NCBI GenBank assembly: GCA_963578725.1
Contig: CAUZDS010000008.1
Location: 6,409-70,408, forward strand
DNA from: Vicinamibacteria bacterium
Lineage (GTDB): Bacteria > Acidobacteriota > Vicinamibacteria > Vicinamibacterales > UBA8438
Direction of reading: 5' to 3'
DNA length: 64,000 bases
A model generated the notes under the pieces. It was given only the letters and a program-made list of their open reading frames with translations, made no database searches and was not told the DNA's origin. Positions 9,049 to 20,700 of this stretch are shown in pieces. Every line of letters starts with the position of its first letter. The stretch's first letter is position 1. Made by a program: the position numbers and the translations under genes.

Positions 9049-10500
9049 TTACTTCTCCTGCGGTCCTGCTCTCGAGTCAGGCGTCCGTATCACGAGGTTT
9101 CGGATCTCGGTCATATCCTCCATCGCGAACCTGACGCCCTCACGACCAAGGCCGCTGTCTTTCACGCCGCCGTACGGCATGTTGTCGACCCGCCAGGACG
9201 GGACGTCTCCGATAATGACGCCGCCGACCTCCAGTTCGTCCCAGGCCCGCTGCATTCGATACAGGTCTCGCGTGAACACGCCGGCCTGAAGACCGAAAGC
9301 ACTGTCGTTCACCTCCCGTAGCGCATCCTCGAACGACTCGAAACGACTGAGCACCGCAACGGGACCGAATGCCTCATGCGTGCAGATCCGCTGGTCCTTC
9401 GGCACACCATCCAGCAGCGTGGCGTCGAGCATCGCGCCGCTGCGTTGTCCGCCACACAGCAGTGTTCCGCCACCGTTGATTGCCGACATCACCCACGACT
9501 GCAGCCGTTCAGCCTCGCCGACCGAGATCATCGGGCCAATAAAGGTGGCTTCGTCTTTCGGATTACCGGCAACGAGGTTGCGCGTCGCGGCCACGAGTCG
9601 TTCCTTGAGGGTGTCGTAGATCGACCTGTGGATCAGAATGCGCTGCACGCCGATACAGCTTTGGCCTGACTGGTAGAACGCGCCAAAGACGAGCCGCTCA
9701 ACCGCATCGTCGAGGTCGGCGTCCTGATCGACGACGCAAGCGGCGTTCCCCCCAAGCTCCAGCACGACCTTCTTTTTTCCAGCCCGGGCCTTCAGCTTCC
9801 AGCCCACGTCGGGCGAACCCGTGAAGCTCAGCAGCTTGAGCCTGTGGTCGGTGGTGAACAGGTCGGCGTCGTCTCGGCGACACGGCAAGATCGAGAACGC
9901 TCCCTTCGGTAGGTCGGTCTCGGCAAGAATCTCACCGATGATGAGCGCGCCAACGGGCGTGCGACTTGCCGGCTTTAGGACGAACGGACAGCCCACGGCG
10001 AGGGCCGGCGCAATCTTGTGGGCGGCCAGGTTGAGGGGGAAATTAAACGGCGAGATGAACGAACAGGGTCCGATTGGCACCCGCATGAACATGCCCCGAT
10101 AGCCTCTGGCTCGGGGCGAGATCTCGAGATTCATGACTTCGCCCGTCATACGCACTGACTCTTCCGCGGCAATACGAAACGTGTCGATCAGGCGGGAGAC
10201 CTCCCCCCGTGCATCTCTGATCGGCTTGCCCGCCTCGATGCAGAGCGACAGCGCGAGTTCGTCCGCGCGCTCCTCGAAGGATCTCACACAGTGGGCCAGG
10301 ACGGCTTGTCGCGCGTAGGCCGGCATCCGGCGCATCGCGTCGGCAGCGTCGACGGCGGCGTCGATGGCACGGTCGATCGTCCCGGTTCCGGCCATGGCGA
10401 CCCGGTACGCCACGTCGCCGGAGTACTTGTCGGTCACCTCGAGGTCGGTATTGGGTAGCTCGGCGACGTTGGCGACGTAGTAGGGAAATGACGTGCTCAT
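9049..10500 (-). CDS. NAD(P)-dependent aldehyde dehydrogenase family protein
   Basis: 483 aa. FTGSPDVGWKLKARAG, VVLELGGNAACVV and the catalytic-Cys region FYQSGQSCIGVQR match the ALDH family. Confidence 0.9.
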   Translation of the reverse strand: MSTSFPYYVANVAELPNTDLEVTDKYSGDVAYRVAMAGTGTIDRAIDAAVDAADAMRRMPAYARQAVLAHCVRSFEERADELALSLCIEAGKPIRDARGEVSRLIDTFRIAAEESVRMTGEVMNLEISPRARGYRGMFMRVPIGPCSFISPFNFPLNLAAHKIAPALAVGCPFVLKPASRTPVGALIIGEILAETDLPKGAFSILPCRRDDADLFTTDHRLKLLSFTGSPDVGWKLKARAGKKKVVLELGGNAACVVDQDADLDDAVERLVFGAFYQSGQSCIGVQRILIHRSIYDTLKERLVAATRNLVAGNPKDEATFIGPMISVGEAERLQSWVMSAINGGGTLLCGGQRSGAMLDATLLDGVPKDQRICTHEAFGPVAVLSRFESFEDALREVNDSAFGLQAGVFTRDLYRMQRAWDELEVGGVIIGDVPSWRVDNMPYGGVKDSGLGREGVRFAMEDMTEIRNLVIRTPDSRAGPQEK

Positions 10501-10540
10501 GTCGGTCGTGGACGGTGGTGAGCGGTGTCGCGGGTATCGA

Positions 10541-11509
<969 letters not shown>

Positions 11510-11531
<22 letters not shown>

Positions 11532-13495
11532 TTACGGAACAGGCCTTTGGCGAACGGTGTCAGTCGTGTCTGGTTATAGGCATCGCCGATCTGTTGGATG
11601 GCTTCGGCGGTCGTCGGGTAGGGGTGAATGACTCTCGCCAGCGTGCCCAGGCCCATGCCCGCGCGCATCGCCACGCTGATCTCGCTGATCAGGTCACCCG
11701 CATGCCCGGCGACGATCGTCGCACCCAAGATCTCGTCGGTGCCTTTCCTTACGTGGATCTTAACGAATCCATTGTCGCCCTCGAGCACGGCTCGATCTAC
11801 GTCAGCGAGGTCTCGCGTGTACGTGGTGAATTCGATGTGTCGCGCCGCCATTTCCTTCGCATAGAGCCCCACGTGGGCCACTTCAGGCTCGGTATATGTG
11901 GACCAAGGAACAAGAAGACTCGATACCCGGTCGCGTCCGAGAAACAGCGCGTTCCGAATGACGATACGTGCCATGAAGTCGGCCATGTGCGTGAACTGAT
12001 ACCGGCTCGCCACGTCTCCCACCGCAAAGATGCGGGGGTTGGACGTCTGGAGCTTCTCGTTCACGTCAATACCTGAACGCGCGTCGAACATCACGCCCGC
12101 GGCCTCAAGCCCCAGCCCCGTCACACTTGGTTTGCGGCCGGTCGCCACCAACAGCGCATCTACTTCGTGCGACTCTTCCGTGCCCTCGCGCTCGATTACG
12201 ATCTTGACCGGGGGCTGACCATTGACGCTCGTGACCCTGATGCCGGTGACGTTGAATACGAACCGGACACCGTCACGCCTCATCGACGCTTCAACAACCT
12301 TCGCCGCATCCGCGTCCTCCCTGAAGAGGATCTGCCCTTCACGCGAGAACGCCGTGACATCCGAGCCGAAGCGCTGAAACGCCTGGGCAAGCTCCGTACC
12401 GATGGGACCCGTGCCGATCACGCCCAGCCGCTTGGGCAGCGACGTCAGGTTGAACACCGTGGCGTTGGTCAGATACGGTGTGTCGTCGAGACCGGGAATC
12501 GGCGGGATAGCCGCCGTTCCGCCGGTCGCGATCACCGCCTTGGAGAAAACCAGTGTCGTGCCGTCGACTTCGACGGTGCTCTCGCTGGTGAATCGGGCAC
12601 GTCCCATGAAGACGTCGACCCCCAGCTCGCGACTGAACCGCTCAGCTGAGTCGTTGGGCGCGATGTGCGCGCGCAGACGCCGCATGCGCTCCATGACCGC
12701 CGCGAAGTCGACCGAAATCGGTCCCCCGATGTTGATACCGTAGGTCGACGCATCACGTGCCGCCGCTGCCGCCCTGGCGCACCGAATGAGCGCCTTCGAA
12801 GGCACACAACCGACATTGAGACAGTCACCGCCAAGTAGGTGCGATTCGACGAGGGCGACACGAGCGCCGGTACCGGCGGCGCCGGCCGACGCCACGAGGC
12901 CTCCCGTACCGGCCCCGATGACGACCAGGTTGTACTTCTTCTTCGGCGTTGGGTTGACCCAGACCTTCGGGTGCGCACAATCCAGCAGCGCGGTGTTGTG
13001 CACGTCGAGGGGCGATATCCCGATGGTGTCGAGGTCGTCTTGGTGGAAGTTGCCCAGGTCCTGGTCGCGCTCGGGTATCGCCGGTTGAAGCGACAATGCT
13101 GGCTCTCGTATTTCCGTCACGGGGGCCAGAAAATCCGACCAGCTCACGGGGGTACCATCTGCTTTCTTCGCGGTCTGGCCGTGGTCTTCGTCGGCCGCGA
13201 AGCGATAGAACAGCCGCTCGTTCTTGAACGGGTGCTCTTTGACCACGTGGTGGAAGACGCCCGCGCTCAACAGCATATTCCCGATGCGTACCGCATCGTC
13301 TTCGTCGGCCGCGATGTTCTCGTCGATGAGGGCTCGAACGGCGTCGCTACCGACAAAGCACCTGGAATAGGTCTTCGGCGGAAACCCGTACTTACGATCA
13401 GTGATCTCGACGAGGTCTCGCAGTCGTGTGGACAGCATTTGCGAGTCGTCGAAGTTGAAGGACTCCTGCGGTCCTCCGCGGTCTGGAGCAGTCAT
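11510..13495 (-). CDS. DEP-domain-fused class-I pyridine nucleotide-disulfide oxidoreductase (FAD)
   Basis: 661 aa. The N-terminal ~100 aa (RLRDLVEITDRKYGFPPKTYSRCFVGSDAVRALIDENIAADEDDAVRIGNMLLSAGVFHHV) have a DEP-like pattern. They are followed by VVIGAGTGG, the redox disulfide GGDCLNVGCVPSK, an NAD site GVIGTGPIGTE, and the C-terminal HPYPTTAE His-Glu dyad. Confidence 0.85.
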
Positions 13496-13644
13496 GCTTC
13501 CTCCGTCTGTGGATCAGACTGCTGACACGCTCGAGTCGAGGTCAGTCGAAATCGTTCAAAGGCCAACTTCGCGGACGATCTCATACAGCGCAAGGGGCCG
13601 GGATTCGGTCTTCTGTGCCAAGAACGCCCGTCGTCAGACAAGTC

Positions 13645-14919
13645 CTACAGCTCTCGGACCTGCCGGTGGCCGATCAGGAACCCGATGGCCACCAACGACA
13701 GCAAGAGCCCGTTGGTGGCGATGACCGCCGGCGCCGAGTACAGCGTGATGAAGTAGCCACTGACGAGGCTGCCCAGCGGCATGCCGCCGCGGAACGCCAC
13801 CAGATAAATGCTGATGACGCGACCCCGGAGCGCGTCCGGCACCGCCAGCTGCACCAGCGAGTTGGTCAGCGAGAAGATTATTAGCAACGCTGTTCCCCAC
13901 AGAAACAGCAGCACGTAGCTGAGTCCGGTGGTCGGCAGCAGCGCGAATGCCGCGACCAGCCCGCCGAACATCACTTGTACCAACAGCAGCGTCCGTCCCA
14001 TGTGCTTGAACGTGCCCAGCCAGGCGACGATGAGTGCCCCCGCCACGGCGCCGGATCCGAGCATCGTCATCATCCGGCTGAGATGCGCGGCGTCGTCGGC
14101 GAACACCGGCAGAAAGGCTCTGACCGGCAGCGCCAGCGACGTCGTGGCAAACGCCAGCACGGTCAGCGCGAGCAACGCGCTGCCGTGCTGCACATACGAC
14201 AGCCCGCTGCGGAGCTCGGTGAGAATCCGTTCCCGGGTTGTGGGCGCCGGCGGGGGTACCCGCATCAGCCCGAGCACGACGATCACGACGAGAAACGACA
14301 GCCCGTTCAGTCCAAAGCAGGCCGCCATGCCGAAGGCCACCAGCACGGCCCCGCCGATAGCCGGGCCGATCGCCTGAGCGAGGTTGAACTGGATCGAGTT
14401 AAGCGCTACCGCGTTCGGCAGATGCTGCCGCGGCACCAGCGACGGGATCAGCGACTGGAACGCCGGTCCACCGAACGCCTGCGCCAGCCCGGAGATGAAC
14501 GACAAGGCCAGGATGTAGCGCACCCGAGTGACGTCGAAGAACACGATCGCGGTGAGGGTCAGGGCACAGGCCATCTGCACCGCTTGTGACCCCATCAGCA
14601 GATGCCGGCGGTCGTGCCGGTCGGCGATGACCCCGCCGATCAACGTGAACAGCAGCAGCGGCAGCTCGGCGAGGAAGATGTCGAGCCCGAGGAAGAACGC
14701 CGACCCGGTCAGGCTTAGAATCAGCCACTGCTGGGCGAGTCGTTGCATCCAGGTGCCCACGGCCGAGCTGAAGGCCGCCAGCCACACATTGCGGAACTTG
14801 CTGAAGGTGAACGCCGCGGCGAGCCGCCAGATCACCGCGGAGCCGACCATCGGTGTAGTGGTCGGGGTCTGGGTGGCGTCGGTGGCATCGGCGGGCGTGT
14901 CGGTTACCGGTGCGGCCAC
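13645..14919 (-). CDS. MFS transporter (MFS_3 / EntS-like exporter family)
   Basis: 424 aa with a GTG start and about 12 TM segments. FRNVWLAAFSSAVGTWMQRLAQQWLIL...GGVIADRHDRR is typical of this family. Confidence 0.85.
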   Translation of the reverse strand: MAAPVTDTPADATDATQTPTTTPMVGSAVIWRLAAAFTFSKFRNVWLAAFSSAVGTWMQRLAQQWLILSLTGSAFFLGLDIFLAELPLLLFTLIGGVIADRHDRRHLLMGSQAVQMACALTLTAIVFFDVTRVRYILALSFISGLAQAFGGPAFQSLIPSLVPRQHLPNAVALNSIQFNLAQAIGPAIGGAVLVAFGMAACFGLNGLSFLVVIVVLGLMRVPPPAPTTRERILTELRSGLSYVQHGSALLALTVLAFATTSLALPVRAFLPVFADDAAHLSRMMTMLGSGAVAGALIVAWLGTFKHMGRTLLLVQVMFGGLVAAFALLPTTGLSYVLLFLWGTALLIIFSLTNSLVQLAVPDALRGRVISIYLVAFRGGMPLGSLVSGYFITLYSAPAVIATNGLLLSLVAIGFLIGHRQVREL

Positions 14920-15275
14920 TGGATGTAGAGTCCTTCACCCAGGAAGATGATGCTGGTCCAGAGCCCCGTGGCTAGCCGGAAAAAGAGAAACGGGCCGAGG
15001 GCGGCGACCGGGAGACAGATGCCGAGTTGCTGGGGCATCGTCAACGCGAAGAAGGCGTTTATGACGAGGTATCCCGTGACCGCGAGCATACCGGAGAGAC
15101 TGAGATTGATGTAGATCGTGCCGAACCCTTGACCGGGCTCGCGTTCGAAGCGTTCACCGCAGGCCGAGCACTGGTCGTGGGTGCGGAACATGGTCTTAAA
15201 GAGCCGTCCATGACCGCAACAAGGGCAGCGCAGTTTCATGCCGCGGCCGAGGATGTCGAGGATTTCGAAGAGCAA
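14904..15275 (-). CDS. DUF983 domain-containing protein
   Basis: 123 aa. It has a zinc-ribbon-like CPCCGHGRLF...CSACGERFE followed by 2 TM segments. The start is uncertain: TTG at 15275 or ATG at 15239. It overlaps the MFS start by 16 nt. Confidence 0.75.
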   Translation of the reverse strand: MLFEILDILGRGMKLRCPCCGHGRLFKTMFRTHDQCSACGERFEREPGQGFGTIYINLSLSGMLAVTGYLVINAFFALTMPQQLGICLPVAALGPFLFFRLATGLWTSIIFLGEGLYIQWPHR

Positions 15276-15374
15276 CGGATGCCCCCTGACGAACGACCGG
15301 GGTCATGGTATCACCACAAAGGATGACCCACGGCTGTTCGGTATTTCGCCGAGGTTTCCCGCTTGCAATTTCTC

Positions 15375-15403
15375 TTGATCTCAGGAGAGAGGTGAGCTAA
15401 ATT
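15375..15403 (+). promoter_or_regulatory. putative sigma70-type promoter of the imuA operon (TTGATC-17 nt-TAAATT)
   Basis: The -35-like TTGATC lies at 15375-15380 and the -10-like TAAATT at 15398-15403, with a 17-nt spacer. It sits in an AT-richer patch directly upstream of the LexA-type box. Confidence 0.3.
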
Positions 15404-16212
15404 TGCATGGCGAACAAAAAACGAACATGCCTACGGCTTCTGTATCCCGTCTCGAGTCGCTGTTACGAGCGCGAAAGCTTGATCGAACCACGGTTCAGTC
15501 ACTTGACCGAAAATATGACGATCTCGCCGAAACAGGTCAGACATCGCTCGACGAGCTGCTGGCCGGTGGGTTCGCGCGTGGTCACCTGTCGGAAATCGCC
15601 GGGCCTCGTTCATCCGGTCGCACGAGTCTGCTGGCATCGGTGCTCGCGGCCGCCACGGCGCGGGGCGAGGTTGTGGCGCTCATCGACACCTGTGACCGGT
15701 TCGACCCGGTGTCGGGCGCTGCTGCCGGTCTCGATCTGTCCAGTCTGCTGTGGGTCCGTGGACGGGAGCGGACAGGAGATCTGTCACATACCGTCAAGCG
15801 GGCGCTCACGGCAGCGGGGCTGGTACTGAATGCTGGCGGATTCGGTGTCGTGGCGCTCGATTTGGCTGATCTCCCCCCGCGGGCCACCCGGCAGATCCCG
15901 ATGACGACCTGGATGCGGGTGTCACGTTTGCTCGAAGATACCAAGACCGTCGGGCTGTTGCTCGGACCGAAGCCGGTCGCGCGGAGCGCGGAGGGGCAGA
16001 CGGTGGTGCTGCGGCCCACCCCGACCGCCGGTCGGTGGTCGGGCACTCACGACCGAAACCGGCTGTTCCAGGGGATCGAGTGTCAGGCTCGGGTCATCCG
16101 AGCACGCCGGCCGCGCGACCAGTGCATCATCTTGCGCCCTGCGATCCCCGAGCCGAGTGCATTGACCGGTCCACGGCCCGCGAGCGAAGGCGGAACGTTG
16201 ACCCCGGCGTGA
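15403..16212 (+). CDS. imuA: translesion-synthesis cassette protein ImuA (RecA/SulA-like)
   Basis: 269 aa. SLDELLAGGFARGHLSEIAGPRSSGRTSLLASVLAAATARGEVVALIDTCDRFDP has the ImuA pattern. The start is ambiguous: TTG at 15403 with AGGAGAGAGG upstream, or ATG at 15427. The gene is followed by imuB and dnaE2. Confidence 0.8.
   Translation: MHGEQKTNMPTASVSRLESLLRARKLDRTTVQSLDRKYDDLAETGQTSLDELLAGGFARGHLSEIAGPRSSGRTSLLASVLAAATARGEVVALIDTCDRFDPVSGAAAGLDLSSLLWVRGRERTGDLSHTVKRALTAAGLVLNAGGFGVVALDLADLPPRATRQIPMTTWMRVSRLLEDTKTVGLLLGPKPVARSAEGQTVVLRPTPTAGRWSGTHDRNRLFQGIECQARVIRARRPRDQCIILRPAIPEPSALTGPRPASEGGTLTPA
15412..15426 (+). promoter_or_regulatory. putative LexA (SOS) operator, GAAC-N7-GAAC direct repeat
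   Basis: The sequence GAACaaaaaacGAAC ends immediately 5' of the ATG at 15427. It is the complement form of the GTTC-N7-GTTC direct-repeat LexA box class, placed in front of an imuA-imuB-dnaE2 cassette. Confidence 0.4.
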
Positions 16213-16215
16213 TCG

Positions 16216-17745
16216 ATGTTCGCCTGTCTTTACGCCCCGCCGCGCGGTCTGGCCTTTCGAGGCGCCGAGGGTGTGCCGCGCGCCAGGTGCGTTACCGACC
16301 AGATCGTGCGTCTGGCGCGCGAGTATTCACCCCGGATCGAAATTCATGGCGACAACCTCGTGGTGCTCGACATCACCGGGTTGACGAGCATGTTTGGCGA
16401 TGCCCGGGAGCTGGGTGCGACCCTACGCCGGTCGGCTGCCGACCGGGGGCTTTATCTCCGGATGGCGGTCGCGTCTACCCGGACCGCGGTGCTGCTGGTC
16501 GTGCAAGAGCGGAGCGGGCTCACGGTGATTGAACCGGGTGGGGAAGTGGTCACACTGGCCTCGCTGCCGCTCGACGTGCTAAGGATTTTGGCGCGGGGGC
16601 AGGCACAGAGTACCGCGACACAGGCGCGTCGTGGCACCTGGGTGTCGAGCGCCGCACTGGCCATTCCCGATTTTGCCCTATTGTCCACGATACGCCGTTG
16701 GGGAGTCAGCACCCTCGGCGATCTGACGCGTCTGCCCCAGGCCGAGCTATTCGAGCGGCTGGGCGAGGGTGGATTGACCTTGCAGCGGTTTGCCCGTGGC
16801 GAGGATGGCGGTCCGCTCGTGCTGGTGCCGGTCGAGGAGCGATTCGAATCGTCGCTGGCGCTCGAGTGGCCGGTTGAGGGGCTCGAGCCGCTGTCCTTCG
16901 TGTTGAGCCGGGTGTTCGAGCAGTTGTGTGCGCGGCTCGAGCGTGCCGGTGTCGGGGCCGCGGTGGTCCACGTGCACCTGAAGCTGGTGACACGGACCAT
17001 CCATACTCGCACATTGCAACTGCCGGCCCCGTTGCGCGACCCGCGGGTGTTACGCACGCTCGTCCTGCTCGATCTGGAATCGCACGCCCCGTCCGCCGGG
17101 ATCGACCAGGTCACGGTGATGGTCGATCCGGTGCCGGCGCGTACCCATCAGTTCTCGTTGCTCGAACGGGCGCGGCCCGCTCCGGAGACGGTCTCGACAC
17201 TGGTCGCACGGTTGACTGCCCTGGTCGGCGCGGGCCGGTGCGGTTCGCCGGCGCTGGTCGATTCGCACGATAGGGCGAGCTTCGAGATGCGGGCGTTCGA
17301 CCCCGAGGCCTGTCGGTTCGACGCGGGCACGTCTCGCACGCGGCCGGGAGGTCGGCAGGACCGTGTGCGGGAGACACCGGTGGACGGCGACTGGCGACAG
17401 GTTGCGGGGCCTTCGGGAGGGGTGCCCCTGGTCCCCATGGTTCGGCGGTTTCGCGCGCCGGTTGCGGCGCGTGTCGCCGTCCGGGACGGCCGACTGGTCC
17501 GGGTCGTGGCGCCACCGGTGTCCAGTGGCGAGGTCATACGCCAGGCCGGCCCCTGGCGCACGTCGGGGCAGTGGTGGACCGATACCGGCACGGTGGCCGC
17601 CGACTCGTCACCCGCCACGGAGTTGGCTGGATGCCAGCCCTGGGACCGCGATGAATGGGATGTCTCGTTGACCGACGGCGGCGTGTATCGAATTTTTCAC
17701 GACCGCCGGGTCGACTGCTGGTTCCTGGAAGGCATGGTGGATTGA
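16216..17745 (+). CDS. imuB: Y-family-polymerase-like protein ImuB
   Basis: 509 aa with N-terminus MFACLYAPP. It has a UmuC-like fold pattern and lies between imuA and dnaE2. Confidence 0.85.
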   Translation: MFACLYAPPRGLAFRGAEGVPRARCVTDQIVRLAREYSPRIEIHGDNLVVLDITGLTSMFGDARELGATLRRSAADRGLYLRMAVASTRTAVLLVVQERSGLTVIEPGGEVVTLASLPLDVLRILARGQAQSTATQARRGTWVSSAALAIPDFALLSTIRRWGVSTLGDLTRLPQAELFERLGEGGLTLQRFARGEDGGPLVLVPVEERFESSLALEWPVEGLEPLSFVLSRVFEQLCARLERAGVGAAVVHVHLKLVTRTIHTRTLQLPAPLRDPRVLRTLVLLDLESHAPSAGIDQVTVMVDPVPARTHQFSLLERARPAPETVSTLVARLTALVGAGRCGSPALVDSHDRASFEMRAFDPEACRFDAGTSRTRPGGRQDRVRETPVDGDWRQVAGPSGGVPLVPMVRRFRAPVAARVAVRDGRLVRVVAPPVSSGEVIRQAGPWRTSGQWWTDTGTVAADSSPATELAGCQPWDRDEWDVSLTDGGVYRIFHDRRVDCWFLEGMVD

Positions 17746-17763
17746 CTCCTGTCTCCTTCGTCC

Positions 17764-20700
17764 ATGTACATCGAGCTGCACACATCGTCCGCTTTTTCTT
17801 TCCTTGACGGGGCGTCCTTACCCGAGGCCCTGGTCGATCGGGCGGCCGAGCTGGGATATCCAGCGCTCGCCTTGCTCGATCGGGACGGGGTGTATGGCGC
17901 TCCTCGATTCCACAAGGCGGCGCTGGCGGCCGGCATCAAACCGATTGTCGGCTGCGAGCTGACGATCGCTAAAGGCTGGGGGGCGGCCTGCTGGCGTCTG
18001 CCGGTGCTAGTCGAATCATCGGAGGGATATAGGAATCTGTGCCGGTTATTGACCCGTATGAAGCTTGAGGTGCCCAAGGGCGAAGGGGTCCTGACCCTGG
18101 ACGATCTTGAAGGGTTTACCACCGGGCTGGTGGCGCTCGCCGGGCGCGCGGCGCTCATGGGGCACCGCTACGGGGTCGGTGGGCTGCTCGATCGGCTCGT
18201 CGGGTTGTTTGGCCGGTCGCAGGTCTTTGTCGAACTGCAGCGACATCTGCTGCGGGACGAGGAGATCGACAACCAGGCGCTGATCGCGCTGGCAGCCGCC
18301 TATCATGTCCCGCTCGTGGCGACCAACGGTGTGCGGTTCGCCGTCGCCGAGGACCGCCCGCTGTATGACGTGCAGACCTGTTTGCGACACAAGACTACCC
18401 TCGACCGGGCCGGTCACCGTCTGGCTCGCAATGCCGAGCGGTATCTGAAGTCGCCCGTCGAGATGACCCGGCTGTTTTACGACCGGCCGGACGCACTGGC
18501 AGCCGCCGGCGAACTGGCCGATCGGGTGGGCTACACGATGGCCGACTTGGGTTATCGGTTTCCCGCCTATCCGGTGCCGGCCGGCGAGACGATGGTCTCT
18601 TTTCTGCGCGCCATCACCGAGGTAGGTGCCCGTGAACGCTATCGCCCGTATCACGACCGTGCCCGGCGGCAGATCGCGCGCGAGCTCGATCTCATCGAGC
18701 AGCTCGACCTGGCCGGGTATTTCCTAATCGTCTGGGACCTCGTGAACTTCTGCCGGCAGCAGGACATCCTCGTGCAGGGACGCGGCTCGGCCGCCAACAG
18801 CGCCGTCTGCTACAGCCTAGGGATCACCGCGGTCGATCCGGTCGGGATGGATCTGCTCTTCGAGCGCTTTCTGTCCGAGGAGCGGGGTGAGTGGCCCGAT
18901 ATCGATCTGGACCTGCCGAGCGGCGACCGCCGCGAACGGGTCATCCAGTATGTCTACGAACGGTATGGTCGGTTGGGCGCTGGGATGACCGCCAACGTCA
19001 TCACCTACCGCGGTCGCAGCGCCGCGCGCGAGGTCGGCAAGGCGCTATCGATCCCCGCCGACCAGATCGACCGACTTGCCAAGATCCTGAACCACTTCGA
19101 GTGGACCGACCCGGCGGACACTCTCGCGCGCCAGCTCGACGGCGTCGGCATCGACCGGACCGACTCGCGGGTCAGTCAATTCAGCGCGCTGTGGCGACGT
19201 ATGCAGGACCTGCCTCGTCATCTCGGCCAGCACTCCGGCGGGATGGTGATCTGCCAGGGGCGGCTCGACGAGGTGGTGCCGCTCGAGAACGCCAGCATGC
19301 CGGGTCGTGTCGTCGTGCAATGGGATAAGGAGGACTGCGCCGACATGGGGATCGTGAAGGTCGATCTGCTCGGGCTAGGGATGATGGCGGTCCTGCAGGA
19401 TACCTTCACGCTGATTAAAGGGGCGCGCGCGGATCGGACGGACGCGGTCGATCTCGCCCGGTTGCCGCCGGACGACCCGGCGGTCTACCGGATGTTGCAG
19501 CGCGCCGACACGATCGGGGTGTTTCAGGTCGAGTCCCGTGCTCAGATGGCGGCGTTGCCGCGTCTGCGGCCCGAACGGTTCTACGACATCGTCGTCGAGG
19601 TGGCGATCATCCGTCCCGGCCCGATCGTGGGCCAGATGGTGCACCCCTACATGGAGCGGCGCGCGGGGCGCGAGCCGGTGCAGTATCCGCACCCCGCGCT
19701 CGAGCCGATCTTACGTCGCACCCTCGGGGTGCCGCTGTTCCAGGAGCAGTTGCTCCGTGTCGCGATGGTCGCGGCCGGGTTCTCGGGCGGGCAGGCCGAA
19801 GAGCTCCGGCGCGCCTTCGGCTTCAAACGGTCGGAGCGGCGGATGGCGGAGATCGAGGTGGCGCTGCGCGAAGGGATGGCCGGACGGGGTATCACGGGAG
19901 AACCAGCCGATCAGATCGTGCAGTCGATCACAGCCTTTGCGCTGTATGGCTTCCCCGAGTCCCACGCCGCGAGCTTCGCGTTGCTGGTCTATGCCAGCGC
20001 CTATCTGAAGGCGCACTACCCGGCGGCGTTCTACACGGCGTTGCTGAACAACCAGCCGATGGGGTTCTATCATCCGGCCACCCTGGTCAAGGACGCCCAG
20101 CGGCGTGGTGTGCGGTTCGCCCGGATCGACGTGCAGCACTCCGGCTGGCAGTGCCGGGTAGAGCCCGATGGCGCGATCAGGCTCGGGCTGCGCTATGTGA
20201 CCGGTCTGCGTGAGGCGCCGGGTCGTGCGATCGAGGGAGTCGGTGTCCGTCCCCCGGCCGGCTCTGATCGAGACACGCCCGCGTCAAGTCGCAGGGTCGC
20301 CGATCGTCGCTCGCTGGTGTGTCCCAAATGCGGGTGCGACGACCCCTCGATGGTCGAGGTCGTGGACCCGGCGACCTCGCACGCCAGGGGGTTTTGCCGC
20401 ACCTGCGCGGCCGACTGGCTGCTGACGACGGAACGGGACGACGAGACCGTAGATGCGGCAAGATCACGATTCACGTCGGTCGAGGATCTGATCGCCCGGA
20501 CCGGGCTGCGCCGCGGCGAGCTGGCAACCCTGGCAGAGATCGGCGCGCTCAACTCGTTCGGATATGACCGTCGGACGGCGCTCTGGCAGATCGAGCGCGC
20601 GGTGAGAACGCCTGGGGAGCTGTTCAAGGAGACAGTCAATCTTCGCCAATCGCTGCCGAGACCCAGGCGGTCAGCAGGCTACGTCGGACCTGCCGAAGCT

